Shown here one piece after another: positions 9,491 to 17,412 of a stretch of DNA of 64,000 nucleotides (positions are counted from its first letter, which is position 1; the number at the start of each line of letters is the position of its first letter). A program made the position numbers and the translations under genes. Origin of the DNA: a virus; IMG/VR virus record IMGVR_UViG_3300010885_072825, positions 1-64,000 of that record. One strand, 5' to 3'. The notes under the pieces are model-generated. The model had not been told where the DNA came from and ran no database searches. It was given only the letters and a program-made list of their open reading frames with translations.

Positions 9491-10725
9491 TGTCTCTCTA
9501 ATTCCAAATTGAAGTATATTTATGGCGGCATTTGCATCCCGATCCATGACTAGCTCACAATGACTACATACATATGTGCGTTCATCTAACGTAATTGTTT
9601 TCTTAGAGCCACATCGATGACAGGCCTTAGTAGATGGCGCCCATCGATCAATTTGATGCAACAAGTTACCAGCCCATTGCTGCTTGTATTTCAAATATGT
9701 GATGAACTGAGCCCATCCCTGATCAGCAATTGATTTAGCAAGTTTTCTGTTTTTGATCATGCCCTTGATATTTAAATTTTCAACAAATACAACTGGGTAT
9801 CGTTTGGTTATCGCGCTACTTAATTGATGATGAAAATTACTTCTTTGGAATCTTATCTTTTGGTGTATTTTAGCTACTTTCTTCCGTTGTTTCTCCCTAT
9901 TTCGACTTGCTTTTTCTTTACGCGACAGTTTTTGTTGCGCACGCTTTAATTTCTTTTGTTTCTTTCTATAAAACTTGGGTGTTTCAAATACTTCACCATC
10001 ACTCGTGATAGCGAAGTCCTTGAGTCCTAAATCAATACCTATGCAGTCATCTTCTTGGAATTGCGTTTGTTGATCAACAACAGCTTGTTCTGTTAGCATA
10101 CAAACATACCACTGATCGCCATCTCGCTTAATAGTAGCTGATAGCAACCGACCTTTTATTTTTCTATGATACGTCCATTTGATTTTGCCAATAATTGGTA
10201 TTTGTATTTTATCAGACCACCACTTGATGTGTTTTGTATTGGTTTGACTTATTTCTATGGATGGATTAGCAGTGTGTTTGTTTTTGTAATGCGGAAAGCC
10301 CTTGCCGCGTTTAAAACAATCTACAATTGCTCGATCTAAATCAAATACACAATTTTGAAATGCATGTGCTGGTGCATTGAGCCACTCAAATTCCTTTTTT
10401 AAAGCGGGTAGTCTTTTTTTCATATCATAACGAAATTCAAACTTCTTTTCTGTGTCGTATTTATTGATATTGATTTCCAGCAATTTATTCCAGATAAACC
10501 GCAATTGACCTTGCCAACCAATCAAAGTTTGTATTTGATCGGAAGTTGGATTCAATCGAATTTTGTATGCGGATATTTTTTGCATTCGTAATTATTACCA
10601 GAAACAAAAATATAATCAATAAAAGAAATAAATTTTAGCTTATTTGACTGACTTATATTAATCAATAGGAGCAACAACGCGCTTGTATCTGTTGATCTAA
10701 AGATACAACAGGCTTACGCGCGGTA
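9342..10725 (-). mobile_element. Non-autonomous IS200/IS605-family (IS1341-like) element carrying tnpB only
   Basis: Homologous subterminal hairpins: left AAGC-CTGTTGTATCTTTAGATCAACAG, right GAAG-CTGTTGCTCTTTAGAACAACAG-TAGTTCAC; TTAG immediately outside the inferred left end. Confidence 0.75.
9347..10585 (-). CDS. tnpB: RNA-guided endonuclease TnpB
   Basis: N-terminal AYKIRLNPT..Q; RuvC motifs IGIDLG, VFVENL and DRDANAAINI intact; zinc finger CHRCG...CSHC. Confidence 0.95.
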   Translation of the reverse strand: MQKISAYKIRLNPTSDQIQTLIGWQGQLRFIWNKLLEININKYDTEKKFEFRYDMKKRLPALKKEFEWLNAPAHAFQNCVFDLDRAIVDCFKRGKGFPHYKNKHTANPSIEISQTNTKHIKWWSDKIQIPIIGKIKWTYHRKIKGRLLSATIKRDGDQWYVCMLTEQAVVDQQTQFQEDDCIGIDLGLKDFAITSDGEVFETPKFYRKKQKKLKRAQQKLSRKEKASRNREKQRKKVAKIHQKIRFQRSNFHHQLSSAITKRYPVVFVENLNIKGMIKNRKLAKSIADQGWAQFITYLKYKQQWAGNLLHQIDRWAPSTKACHRCGSKKTITLDERTYVCSHCELVMDRDANAAINILQFGIRETNTAGTAEIYACGAISDGDPALVGSSYVAQKQESILSSEGSCCSLEQQ

Positions 10726-10731
10726 CTAAGC

Positions 10732-10788
10732 GGAAGAGCTAACGTTTTTCATCCAAATTGAAATGTTTTTAGTTGCTGTATGTCTTCC
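10732..10788 (-). ncRNA. Small hairpin RNA unit 3 with anticodon-loop-like AUUUGGA (central UUG)
   Basis: GGAAGA-CATACAGCAACTAAAAACA-TTTCA-ATTTGGA-TGAAA-AACGTTAGC-TCTTCC. Confidence 0.6.
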
Positions 10789-10794
10789 TTGTCT

Positions 10795-10802
10795 TATTTA
10801 TG
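10795..10802 (-). promoter_or_regulatory. T4-like late promoter CATAAATA driving the small-RNA array
   Basis: Same ATAAATA box precedes many genes in the window; sits 6 nt before unit 3. Confidence 0.6.
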
Positions 10803-10855
10803 CAAAATCCTAATTGGAATGTCAATTGTTTTCAAAATTATTTTTGAAAAAAATT

Positions 10856-11950
10856 TCAATTAATTTGTGTGAACCAATCAATTGTTTCATACCAATCTTT
10901 TCTACTCAATTTATTGTAGTTTTTCAAACCCTTAATATGTGGCTTGATCCAAGGCATGGTGTCATGAACAAACGTTGCTCGTTCCATGGCTTTCACAATA
11001 CTAGCAGAATCAGTTGGGTGAGCTCGCATAAGAGGATCACTCCAGTGGATTTCATCTGAAGTAACAATCGGCACATTGTTGATCGCAAAATCTGCTGCAA
11101 CAATATTGAATGTTTCTGTGAAACTAACTTGCAATCCAATATCCATCTTGCAAATCAGTCGATTGAATTCTTTGTGATCAAACCAGGGATGCTCAACCAG
11201 TTCTGCATTGTCAACTCTAGTAAAAATGTCTCGAAGATTTTTCAAAATAGGCGCGCCATTCCCTTCAACACGAGAACCATTGATATGGAACTTTAGATGC
11301 TTGCCATGCTTCTGTGCATATTCAATTGCAGCAATTGCTTGAATAACATGATTCTTAAGTGGGCGAATCGCTCCGAAGCACCCAACGTTCAAAATATGAC
11401 GATGTTTAGTATTTTTTGGGAAACTATAGGATGGAACATCAACTGGGTAATAATTGGGAAGATAACAAATGCCACTGGCAGGGTGTGTTTCACCAATTAT
11501 AATACCCAATTCACGGTGAGCACTTCGATGATTTGATGCTACCCACACATTGGGATATTTCACATAGTCTATCGTCCAACCAAATGCAATTCCTTCATTA
11601 GCGAGGAATGGAGTGTTGGAATGATTTCTGATTATCCAGGTTACCTTGGGATGCAATTTAGTTAATACAGCAAATTTTTCTGGTACTACCCAGTAGGCTT
11701 CAATTACGACAATGTCTGGTTTAAACTGTGTGACTTCACGATCAATGCAATTATTGTCAATTACTTGAACCATTTTGACTTCATAATTGGGATTTTCATT
11801 TAACATTTCTACCACAAAGCGAGCAGAATTATAGAGTCCTGAACTCAAGCCCTTGGCATATGCCCAATCTTTTTTGGGATCAACTGGCGAATCTTTATAA
11901 TCACCATAATCAGTTTCTCGATATTTCAATATAAATAGAACTTTGGTCAT
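10856..11950 (-). CDS. Glycosyltransferase (GT-B/GT4-like)
   Basis: GCFGAIRPLKN, QVSFTETFNIVAAD and VPIVTS motifs. Confidence 0.75.
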   Translation of the reverse strand: MTKVLFILKYRETDYGDYKDSPVDPKKDWAYAKGLSSGLYNSARFVVEMLNENPNYEVKMVQVIDNNCIDREVTQFKPDIVVIEAYWVVPEKFAVLTKLHPKVTWIIRNHSNTPFLANEGIAFGWTIDYVKYPNVWVASNHRSAHRELGIIIGETHPASGICYLPNYYPVDVPSYSFPKNTKHRHILNVGCFGAIRPLKNHVIQAIAAIEYAQKHGKHLKFHINGSRVEGNGAPILKNLRDIFTRVDNAELVEHPWFDHKEFNRLICKMDIGLQVSFTETFNIVAADFAINNVPIVTSDEIHWSDPLMRAHPTDSASIVKAMERATFVHDTMPWIKPHIKGLKNYNKLSRKDWYETIDWFTQIN

Positions 11951-12037
11951 AAATGCCTCTGGAAATCACCAGAACTATTTATGTCTCGAAATTTAAATAA
12001 AATTGAATTTTACAAATATTTTACATATATTTTTTGA

Positions 12038-12214
12038 ATGACAAACATTACAGAAACAACATTTGAAGATTTTGAAAATCAAAAACGGATTAGCCAAATT
12101 GCACAAGGGTATATTGAAATACCCTTTGCACTATCCAAATTTTTTGGACACGCCAAATGGATTCATCGCGATGAATTGAAAGCGTTAAAGGCTTTTATCA
12201 ACGAAGATCGATAG
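12038..12214 (+). CDS. Hypothetical 58-aa protein
   Basis: Manual translation MTNITETTFEDFENQKRISQ...FINEDR*; below the ORF-track cutoff. Confidence 0.45.
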   Translation: MTNITETTFEDFENQKRISQIAQGYIEIPFALSKFFGHAKWIHRDELKALKAFINEDR

Positions 12215-12357
12215 TTTCCACAACGCGCCTGTGGTCGGAAATTAATTCTACTCGATCAATATCGGTAGTTGAAGTGAAATATGTTTTGGCATTTGTTTGG
12301 TGACTGATAATTGTGTCACCGACCTTCAAATTTGAAGGTCTCAAATTCATTAAATTT

Positions 12358-12432
12358 TGGTCCTCGCAGTTGGGATCGAACCAACCACCCGCGGTTTATG
12401 AGACCGCCGCTCTACCACTGAGCTATACGAGG
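12358..12432 (-). tRNA. tRNA with CAU anticodon (Ile2 or elongator Met)
   Basis: CCTCGTA-TA-GCTCAGTGGTAGAGC-G-GCGGT-CTCATAA-ACCGC-GGGTG-GTTGGTTCGATCCCAAC-TGCGAGG-A-CCA; lacks initiator hallmarks. Confidence 0.95.
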
Positions 12433-12466
12433 TAACAAAAATCAATTACTGCATTCCATTACTTTT

Positions 12467-12497
12467 TATTTATAGCAATAATATACCATTTCGTCAA
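12467..12497 (-). promoter_or_regulatory. Composite promoter TTGACG-N17-TATAAATA for the tRNA
   Basis: sigma70-type -35 exactly 17 bp upstream of a TATAAATA box. Confidence 0.65.
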
Positions 12498-12500
12498 CAC

Positions 12501-13247
12501 TTATATAGTGATCCGCCACTCATTCCAAGGGAATTGATCTGGATAACGTTCTTTCATTACTCGGTTGCCAATTTCAAAAAACTCCTGTGTCACAGATGCT
12601 GGATTGCCAGCCAAACGATAGTTCAAAGTATATTTGCCTGTACCTCCCCAATTAGGATAGAAGTGATTAATATTATGCAGGAATTGTCGATCAGCGCCCC
12701 ATTGTCCATGCCAAGCTGCACTACATCGGATTGCTACATCACGTCGAATACAGAATGCAGAAGTATCAACCAAATGACTGTTAGAATCCACATAGGTTGG
12801 ATATTTCCCTAGGCTTTCACAATTGTCATCCAACAAATAATTTCCTGAAACATCACAAATTTTTCTTAGGCTGTGTCCCCAAGCATATGCCTGCATCTTG
12901 CATGATTCAATTTGTGAACTTACGTGATTTATATCAAACCAGTTGTCTTGATCTAGATAAAATATCCAGTCTTGGTCAACTAGGAAATTTGCAGCAGCAT
13001 ATATCCGGTGTCCATACCAACCATTGGCACCGGTATTATATGGCAATGTCATCACTGAAATGTTAGTTTTTTTAGAAGACTCTTTATTGACCGCAGTAAT
13101 TTGTAAACGGGCGGATTGTTCAAATTGAGGTCCATCGATCACAACTAATATGTGTGTATTGGACCAGTCTTGTTCAACTGCTGAAGACAAGCATTGAAAT
13201 AATGTGGGGGCACCAGTGGTTGGAATTATAATAACAGCAGAATCCAT
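12501..13247 (-). CDS. Glycosyltransferase family 2-like protein
   Basis: VIIIPTTG, LVVIDG, FYLDQDNWF (DxD) and WGADRQF motifs; start moved to MDSAV. Confidence 0.8.
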   Translation of the reverse strand: MDSAVIIIPTTGAPTLFQCLSSAVEQDWSNTHILVVIDGPQFEQSARLQITAVNKESSKKTNISVMTLPYNTGANGWYGHRIYAAANFLVDQDWIFYLDQDNWFDINHVSSQIESCKMQAYAWGHSLRKICDVSGNYLLDDNCESLGKYPTYVDSNSHLVDTSAFCIRRDVAIRCSAAWHGQWGADRQFLHNINHFYPNWGGTGKYTLNYRLAGNPASVTQEFFEIGNRVMKERYPDQFPWNEWRITI

Positions 13248-13660
13248 TAAATCATCACTCTCTTTCTGGGACCAAACAATACTAAAGACAATAGCCAATA
13301 CAGTACACCAGATGCTAGTTGAATGATCATTAGAATATAATTACCTGTCAAGTAGGCTGTAATCGGAAAGACCAAAAACGTTTGAATAAAGCTTCTTAGA
13401 AATACAACATCTTGATATTCTTTGTGCAATTCAATAGCAGTTTGAATATCTGGATCTTGACAATCGGCTGCTTGGGAAGAATTAAAAAACAAAATAGTCA
13501 AAAAAGCAACCAAAGTAAGTACGACATCAAAGATAATCGTGCCTGTCACAAGAATGTCGGCAGCAGACTTCAAAATAGTTAATTTTAAACTGGTTATCAC
13601 AAATGCCAGAAGAATCACATCATATGCTCTAGATAACCAAAATTGTCTTTGATAAATCAT
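13247..13660 (-). CDS. Membrane protein
   Basis: About four hydrophobic segments. Confidence 0.6.
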   Translation of the reverse strand: MIYQRQFWLSRAYDVILLAFVITSLKLTILKSAADILVTGTIIFDVVLTLVAFLTILFFNSSQAADCQDPDIQTAIELHKEYQDVVFLRSFIQTFLVFPITAYLTGNYILMIIQLASGVLYWLLSLVLFGPRKRVMI

Positions 13661-14082
13661 TTCTTAAATTCCATTTTAGAACCAATATTGAAAACAACTT
13701 TAAGTGCCAAATATCCCAAGATCAATATTGCAGCAAGTTTGGCTTGTAGATGATTTCCTGAATACCAAACCAGAACCAGAGGCAAGATCCACATAAAGAA
13801 TATGGTTGGAAGATCCCACGTCCAGCTATGAAGAGTGATGTAGGTTAGGCTGGAATTTGGATATTTTTGGAAATTTTCCAGTTGATTATTTCGAATCCAG
13901 TTAGCAGTCACATTGTATAAAATGATAACCAAACAGACCGAAAATCCCAGCAATCCAACCCAACACCAACTTAAGAAAGCAGCAATGCCCATCAAGGCGG
14001 GGGAATCTGTTCCAAACGCAATAGACAGCGACAACATGAAACTAAAAACATAATGTCCTATTGAAGGAACTCTTTTAACCAT
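13657..14082 (-). CDS. Membrane protein
   Basis: About four hydrophobic segments; overlaps both neighbours. Confidence 0.6.
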   Translation of the reverse strand: MVKRVPSIGHYVFSFMLSLSIAFGTDSPALMGIAAFLSWCWVGLLGFSVCLVIILYNVTANWIRNNQLENFQKYPNSSLTYITLHSWTWDLPTIFFMWILPLVLVWYSGNHLQAKLAAILILGYLALKVVFNIGSKMEFKK

Positions 14083-15016
14083 TTTCCCAACTCAACATTA
14101 ATTTGTTGCCCACTTTGTGCAAAGTTAGTGATTCTACTCGAATTTCATTCCTAGCATCTGGACCAGTAGTCAACAATTCACGACTAAAGTGTTCAATCTG
14201 ACCAGTACTAAAACTTGTAATATTATAGTGATCAAAGATATGCAAAATCAAATTCTTAATTCTAATCTGTGACCAAGTCTTGATTATTTTCAAATCCAAA
14301 CTGTTTCTTGTAATTTCTGCAGACCGCCAATCCAGTTGTGCCAATTCACGCGTCAATTCAAATGTTTCTCCCAACAAATCAATTGACTTGTTGATGTTAA
14401 TGTCAGCAATCGCATACCGAGATTGTACCAGAGGCCACATGACATTTCGGATCCAATTTCTATCAAATCGATTTGATGCATTGCTGGGATCAGTAATATG
14501 TTCAATATGGTTGATTAGAGCATAAGATTCCAATTGTTCTCGTGTTTGATTAAGCAGTGGTCTAATAACTTGGATTGCAGGATCCAACCAACAGGCTGTT
14601 GTAGTTGTCATACCCTTGAGACCTTTGATGCCAGATCCTCGCATCAATTTCATAAAAAAGGTTTCAATACGATCATTCAAATGATGAGCCAGCACAATAG
14701 TATCAGCACCCAAACCACATAGAGCTTGATAGCGAGCTGAACGAGCAGCAAATTCCAAATTGTTTCCCGTCACCTCAACGCGAATTGTTTGTTGATCAAA
14801 TCCCAACCTGGCAGCTTCTCGTTCAACAAAGTTACCCCAAGATTGACTGTCAGGGTTCAATTGATGATCAACATAAACAACTCGCCAAGTCTTAGCGGCT
14901 GTTTTAAATTTAGCCAGTGAATGCATTAGCACCATACTGTCCAAACCACCACTGACTCCAATAACGATATTGTGACTATTGACAAATAGTTGATCAAATG
15001 TTTTTTGAGTAATCAT
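14075..15016 (-). CDS. tilS: tRNA(Ile)-lysidine synthetase
   Basis: VSGGLDSMVL PP-loop, VDHQL, E.AAR.ARY, AHH.ND..ET, RGSG..GL.GM, IRPLL, DPSN, RN.IR. Confidence 0.95.
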   Translation of the reverse strand: MITQKTFDQLFVNSHNIVIGVSGGLDSMVLMHSLAKFKTAAKTWRVVYVDHQLNPDSQSWGNFVEREAARLGFDQQTIRVEVTGNNLEFAARSARYQALCGLGADTIVLAHHLNDRIETFFMKLMRGSGIKGLKGMTTTTACWLDPAIQVIRPLLNQTREQLESYALINHIEHITDPSNASNRFDRNWIRNVMWPLVQSRYAIADININKSIDLLGETFELTRELAQLDWRSAEITRNSLDLKIIKTWSQIRIKNLILHIFDHYNITSFSTGQIEHFSRELLTTGPDARNEIRVESLTLHKVGNKLMLSWENG

Positions 15017-15018
15017 TG

Positions 15019-15258
15019 CTATTGAAAAAGCTTGTTGTAGAGATACACGACTGGCTTGGAATACCTAACCGTATTCCAGTAACCAATAAACTTCATGATC
15101 AGTCGATATTCCAGAGTCTGCCGATAACGATCAATCACGTTATTGAGTTCAAGCATGCGTGCTCGTTCACCGAGATTAATCGTACCTCTAATTGCTGATC
15201 GATTTAGATAAGCCAATGTATTGACGTTTTCTTTGTACTTTTGAAACCGAGTTTTCAT
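15019..15258 (-). CDS. Hypothetical protein
   Basis: 79-aa ORF co-oriented with neighbours; GAGGG RBS. Confidence 0.5.
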   Translation of the reverse strand: MKTRFQKYKENVNTLAYLNRSAIRGTINLGERARMLELNNVIDRYRQTLEYRLIMKFIGYWNTVRYSKPVVYLYNKLFQ

Positions 15259-15307
15259 ATTGCCCTCTGAGTTTATAACAATACCATAGTAGGTATTGAC
15301 AAACAGA

Positions 15308-15757
15308 TCAACTGTTTTCTAAAAATTCTCGCAATTTTTCAGCTGCCATTTCATTAGACAACAGCATATCAAGTCCCCAGTGGCGAGGATGAAGAATATC
15401 GGCTAAATCACACCAAACAGTGTCTTCAATTTCCCAATTGATAACTGGGTTAAATATTTTGGGAATGATTACCGCATAGTTATAAAATTCAAAACGAGGC
15501 AAGTAAGTCTTGTTGATATAGATCAATTTACGTGGTTTACCAGTTATGTCATAACCAACTTCTTCCAGTGTTTCACGAATTGCTGCTGGACCAGGTGTTT
15601 CACCAGGATCAACTGAGCCACCTGGAATACCCCAAGTTAGAGGACTGTTGACTAGACTGCTTCTTAGAATGAACAAAAACTTTTGTTCTGTTTGAGCATA
15701 AATTAGGGTGCCTGCTCCCTGCTTGGGTGCGGGAGTTAATAGATCGCTGACTTTCAT
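15308..15757 (-). CDS. Nudix hydrolase
   Basis: Nudix box WGIPGGSVDPGETPGPAAIRETLEEVG. Confidence 0.9.
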   Translation of the reverse strand: MKVSDLLTPAPKQGAGTLIYAQTEQKFLFILRSSLVNSPLTWGIPGGSVDPGETPGPAAIRETLEEVGYDITGKPRKLIYINKTYLPRFEFYNYAVIIPKIFNPVINWEIEDTVWCDLADILHPRHWGLDMLLSNEMAAEKLREFLENS

Positions 15758-15765
15758 GTTCGTAT

Positions 15766-16452
15766 TTATTCAGCTTGCGGTCGGTTAAGAATTCTATTGG
15801 TGCGAATGAAAGTGGTTCTCTTGCTAATTTCTTTGAGTTTCTCTGCACCAATATAACTCATTGTTGATCTGAGTCCGCCCAGGAATTCTTCTACCGTGTT
15901 GGCAACAGCTCCTTTGTATGGAACAAATGATGTGCGGCCTTCAGCAGTCTTGTAGTCACTTTTACCACCATAGTGTTTATCCATGGCTTCTTGGCTTGCC
16001 ATACCATAAATCTTCATTTTGAAATCACTGCCTGGCAACGCAGGATCATCTGGCAAATCCAAAACCAGTTTGCCATCAACCATTTTGGTTTTGGTATAGG
16101 GCTTGCCCCATTCCCAGAGTTCACCCGCACATTCTTTGTGACCTCCCAGTACAGATCCCATCATAATAAAATCTGCTCCGGCACCAAATGCCTTGCCAAG
16201 ATCACCAGGGTAAACAATCCCACCATCACTGCAAATCAAACCTTTGAGTCCATGTGCAGCATCCGCGCATTCGACCACGGCCGATAGTTGCGGAACACCA
16301 ACTCCGGCTACACGACGGGTCGAACATTGACTATTATGTACTACAATACCATCAATGTTATATGAATGGTCTTCTTCAACTTCTAGATCATAAGTATCAC
16401 CAGAATAATCTTCTGATACTATATATGTGATTTCTATTAAATCAAAATTCAT
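15766..16452 (-). CDS. guaC: Split intein C-half (40 aa) fused to GMP reductase C-extein
   Basis: ...TYDLEVEEDHSYNIDGIVVHN/SQCSTRRVAGVGVPQLSAV...ICSDGG...KAFGAGADF...YGMAS...AEG...GGLRS. Confidence 0.93.
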   Translation of the reverse strand: MNFDLIEITYIVSEDYSGDTYDLEVEEDHSYNIDGIVVHNSQCSTRRVAGVGVPQLSAVVECADAAHGLKGLICSDGGIVYPGDLGKAFGAGADFIMMGSVLGGHKECAGELWEWGKPYTKTKMVDGKLVLDLPDDPALPGSDFKMKIYGMASQEAMDKHYGGKSDYKTAEGRTSFVPYKGAVANTVEEFLGGLRSTMSYIGAEKLKEISKRTTFIRTNRILNRPQAE

Positions 16453-17383
16453 TACGTAATCTTTCTATTAAAGTTGGTAAATCAGCAAGTTCATATTCCC
16501 AAATCAAAATCAATTTGAAATTATGTTTTTCTGCAAATTCTTTTTTATCAATGTCAGCCATAATATTTGTTTGTTGTATTTTGTTCAATGGCTTTTTGCC
16601 TTCACCATAAAACATTGGATTACCATGCCAATAGTCTCCTTGATGTTGTATTAATATTCTATGCTTTTTACTTCCAAAATCAAATTGTTTAAAATCTAAT
16701 ATAACACTATATTCAAATTCCATTTCAGTGAAATATTCTTGTAAAATTTTATTAATCAATTCTTCCGGTTTATTCATAGTATATCGATCTTGTGATATTA
16801 ATGATGCTTGAGCAGCCTTTTTTCTAATATTCACATAATGTTCCGGATCTCTATCTTTTATCATCTGTTGAAGTTTTTTTAAATTATTTGACCGCTTTAA
16901 TTTCTCTTCTTCCGATATATTTTTGTAATAGTTTTTTGATATTTCACTTAATCTTTGTATTGTTTCTTCAGTATGGGTTTTTCCATAAAAAGAATTTAAT
17001 TCACCTTTCCTACCACATTTCTCTCGTAGTATTTGTATTGTTTCTTCAGTATGGGTTTTTCCATAAAAAGGATTTAATTCTCCAATAAACCTACCTTTCA
17101 TGTATTTTGACAGGCGGTCTTTAAATTCATCAGTATGAGTTTTTCCATAAAAAGTATTCTTTTCACCTGACATATTACATGTTTGACAGATATACTCTTT
17201 TTTAAATAATCCTCTTCGAAAATTAATTTCGTTCTTTTTTCCACATAATGAACATTCAATTTCAATTCTTCCTAGATCACCAGTCTTTATTTTTTCTCCA
17301 TTATCTAGACTAGCAATATTATTTCTTCCTATTTTTTCAAAACCTAATACCTGTTTTCCATCTTTAAAAATCTTTAAATTCAA
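16442..17383 (-). CDS. Free-standing homing endonuclease: NUMOD3 repeats plus Vsr/DUF559-like nuclease domain
   Basis: CxxC pairs, three FYGKTHT repeats (including a 37-bp direct repeat at 16954/17032), and C-terminal NKPE...FDF...GDYWHG...D..K...LILIWE. Confidence 0.8.
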   Translation of the reverse strand: MNLKIFKDGKQVLGFEKIGRNNIASLDNGEKIKTGDLGRIEIECSLCGKKNEINFRRGLFKKEYICQTCNMSGEKNTFYGKTHTDEFKDRLSKYMKGRFIGELNPFYGKTHTEETIQILREKCGRKGELNSFYGKTHTEETIQRLSEISKNYYKNISEEEKLKRSNNLKKLQQMIKDRDPEHYVNIRKKAAQASLISQDRYTMNKPEELINKILQEYFTEMEFEYSVILDFKQFDFGSKKHRILIQHQGDYWHGNPMFYGEGKKPLNKIQQTNIMADIDKKEFAEKHNFKLILIWEYELADLPTLIERLRNEF

Positions 17384-17412
17384 TACCGGCTCCTATAGCA
17401 TATTTAACCATG

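Noticed and set aside
10601-10619. TTGAT followed by TATATTTTT upstream of tnpB, resembling an ISDra2-type TAM plus guide seed
   Set aside because: Only 8 of 9 matches in very AT-rich DNA, and the left-end hairpin implies the site is inside the element with TTAG as the more likely TAM.
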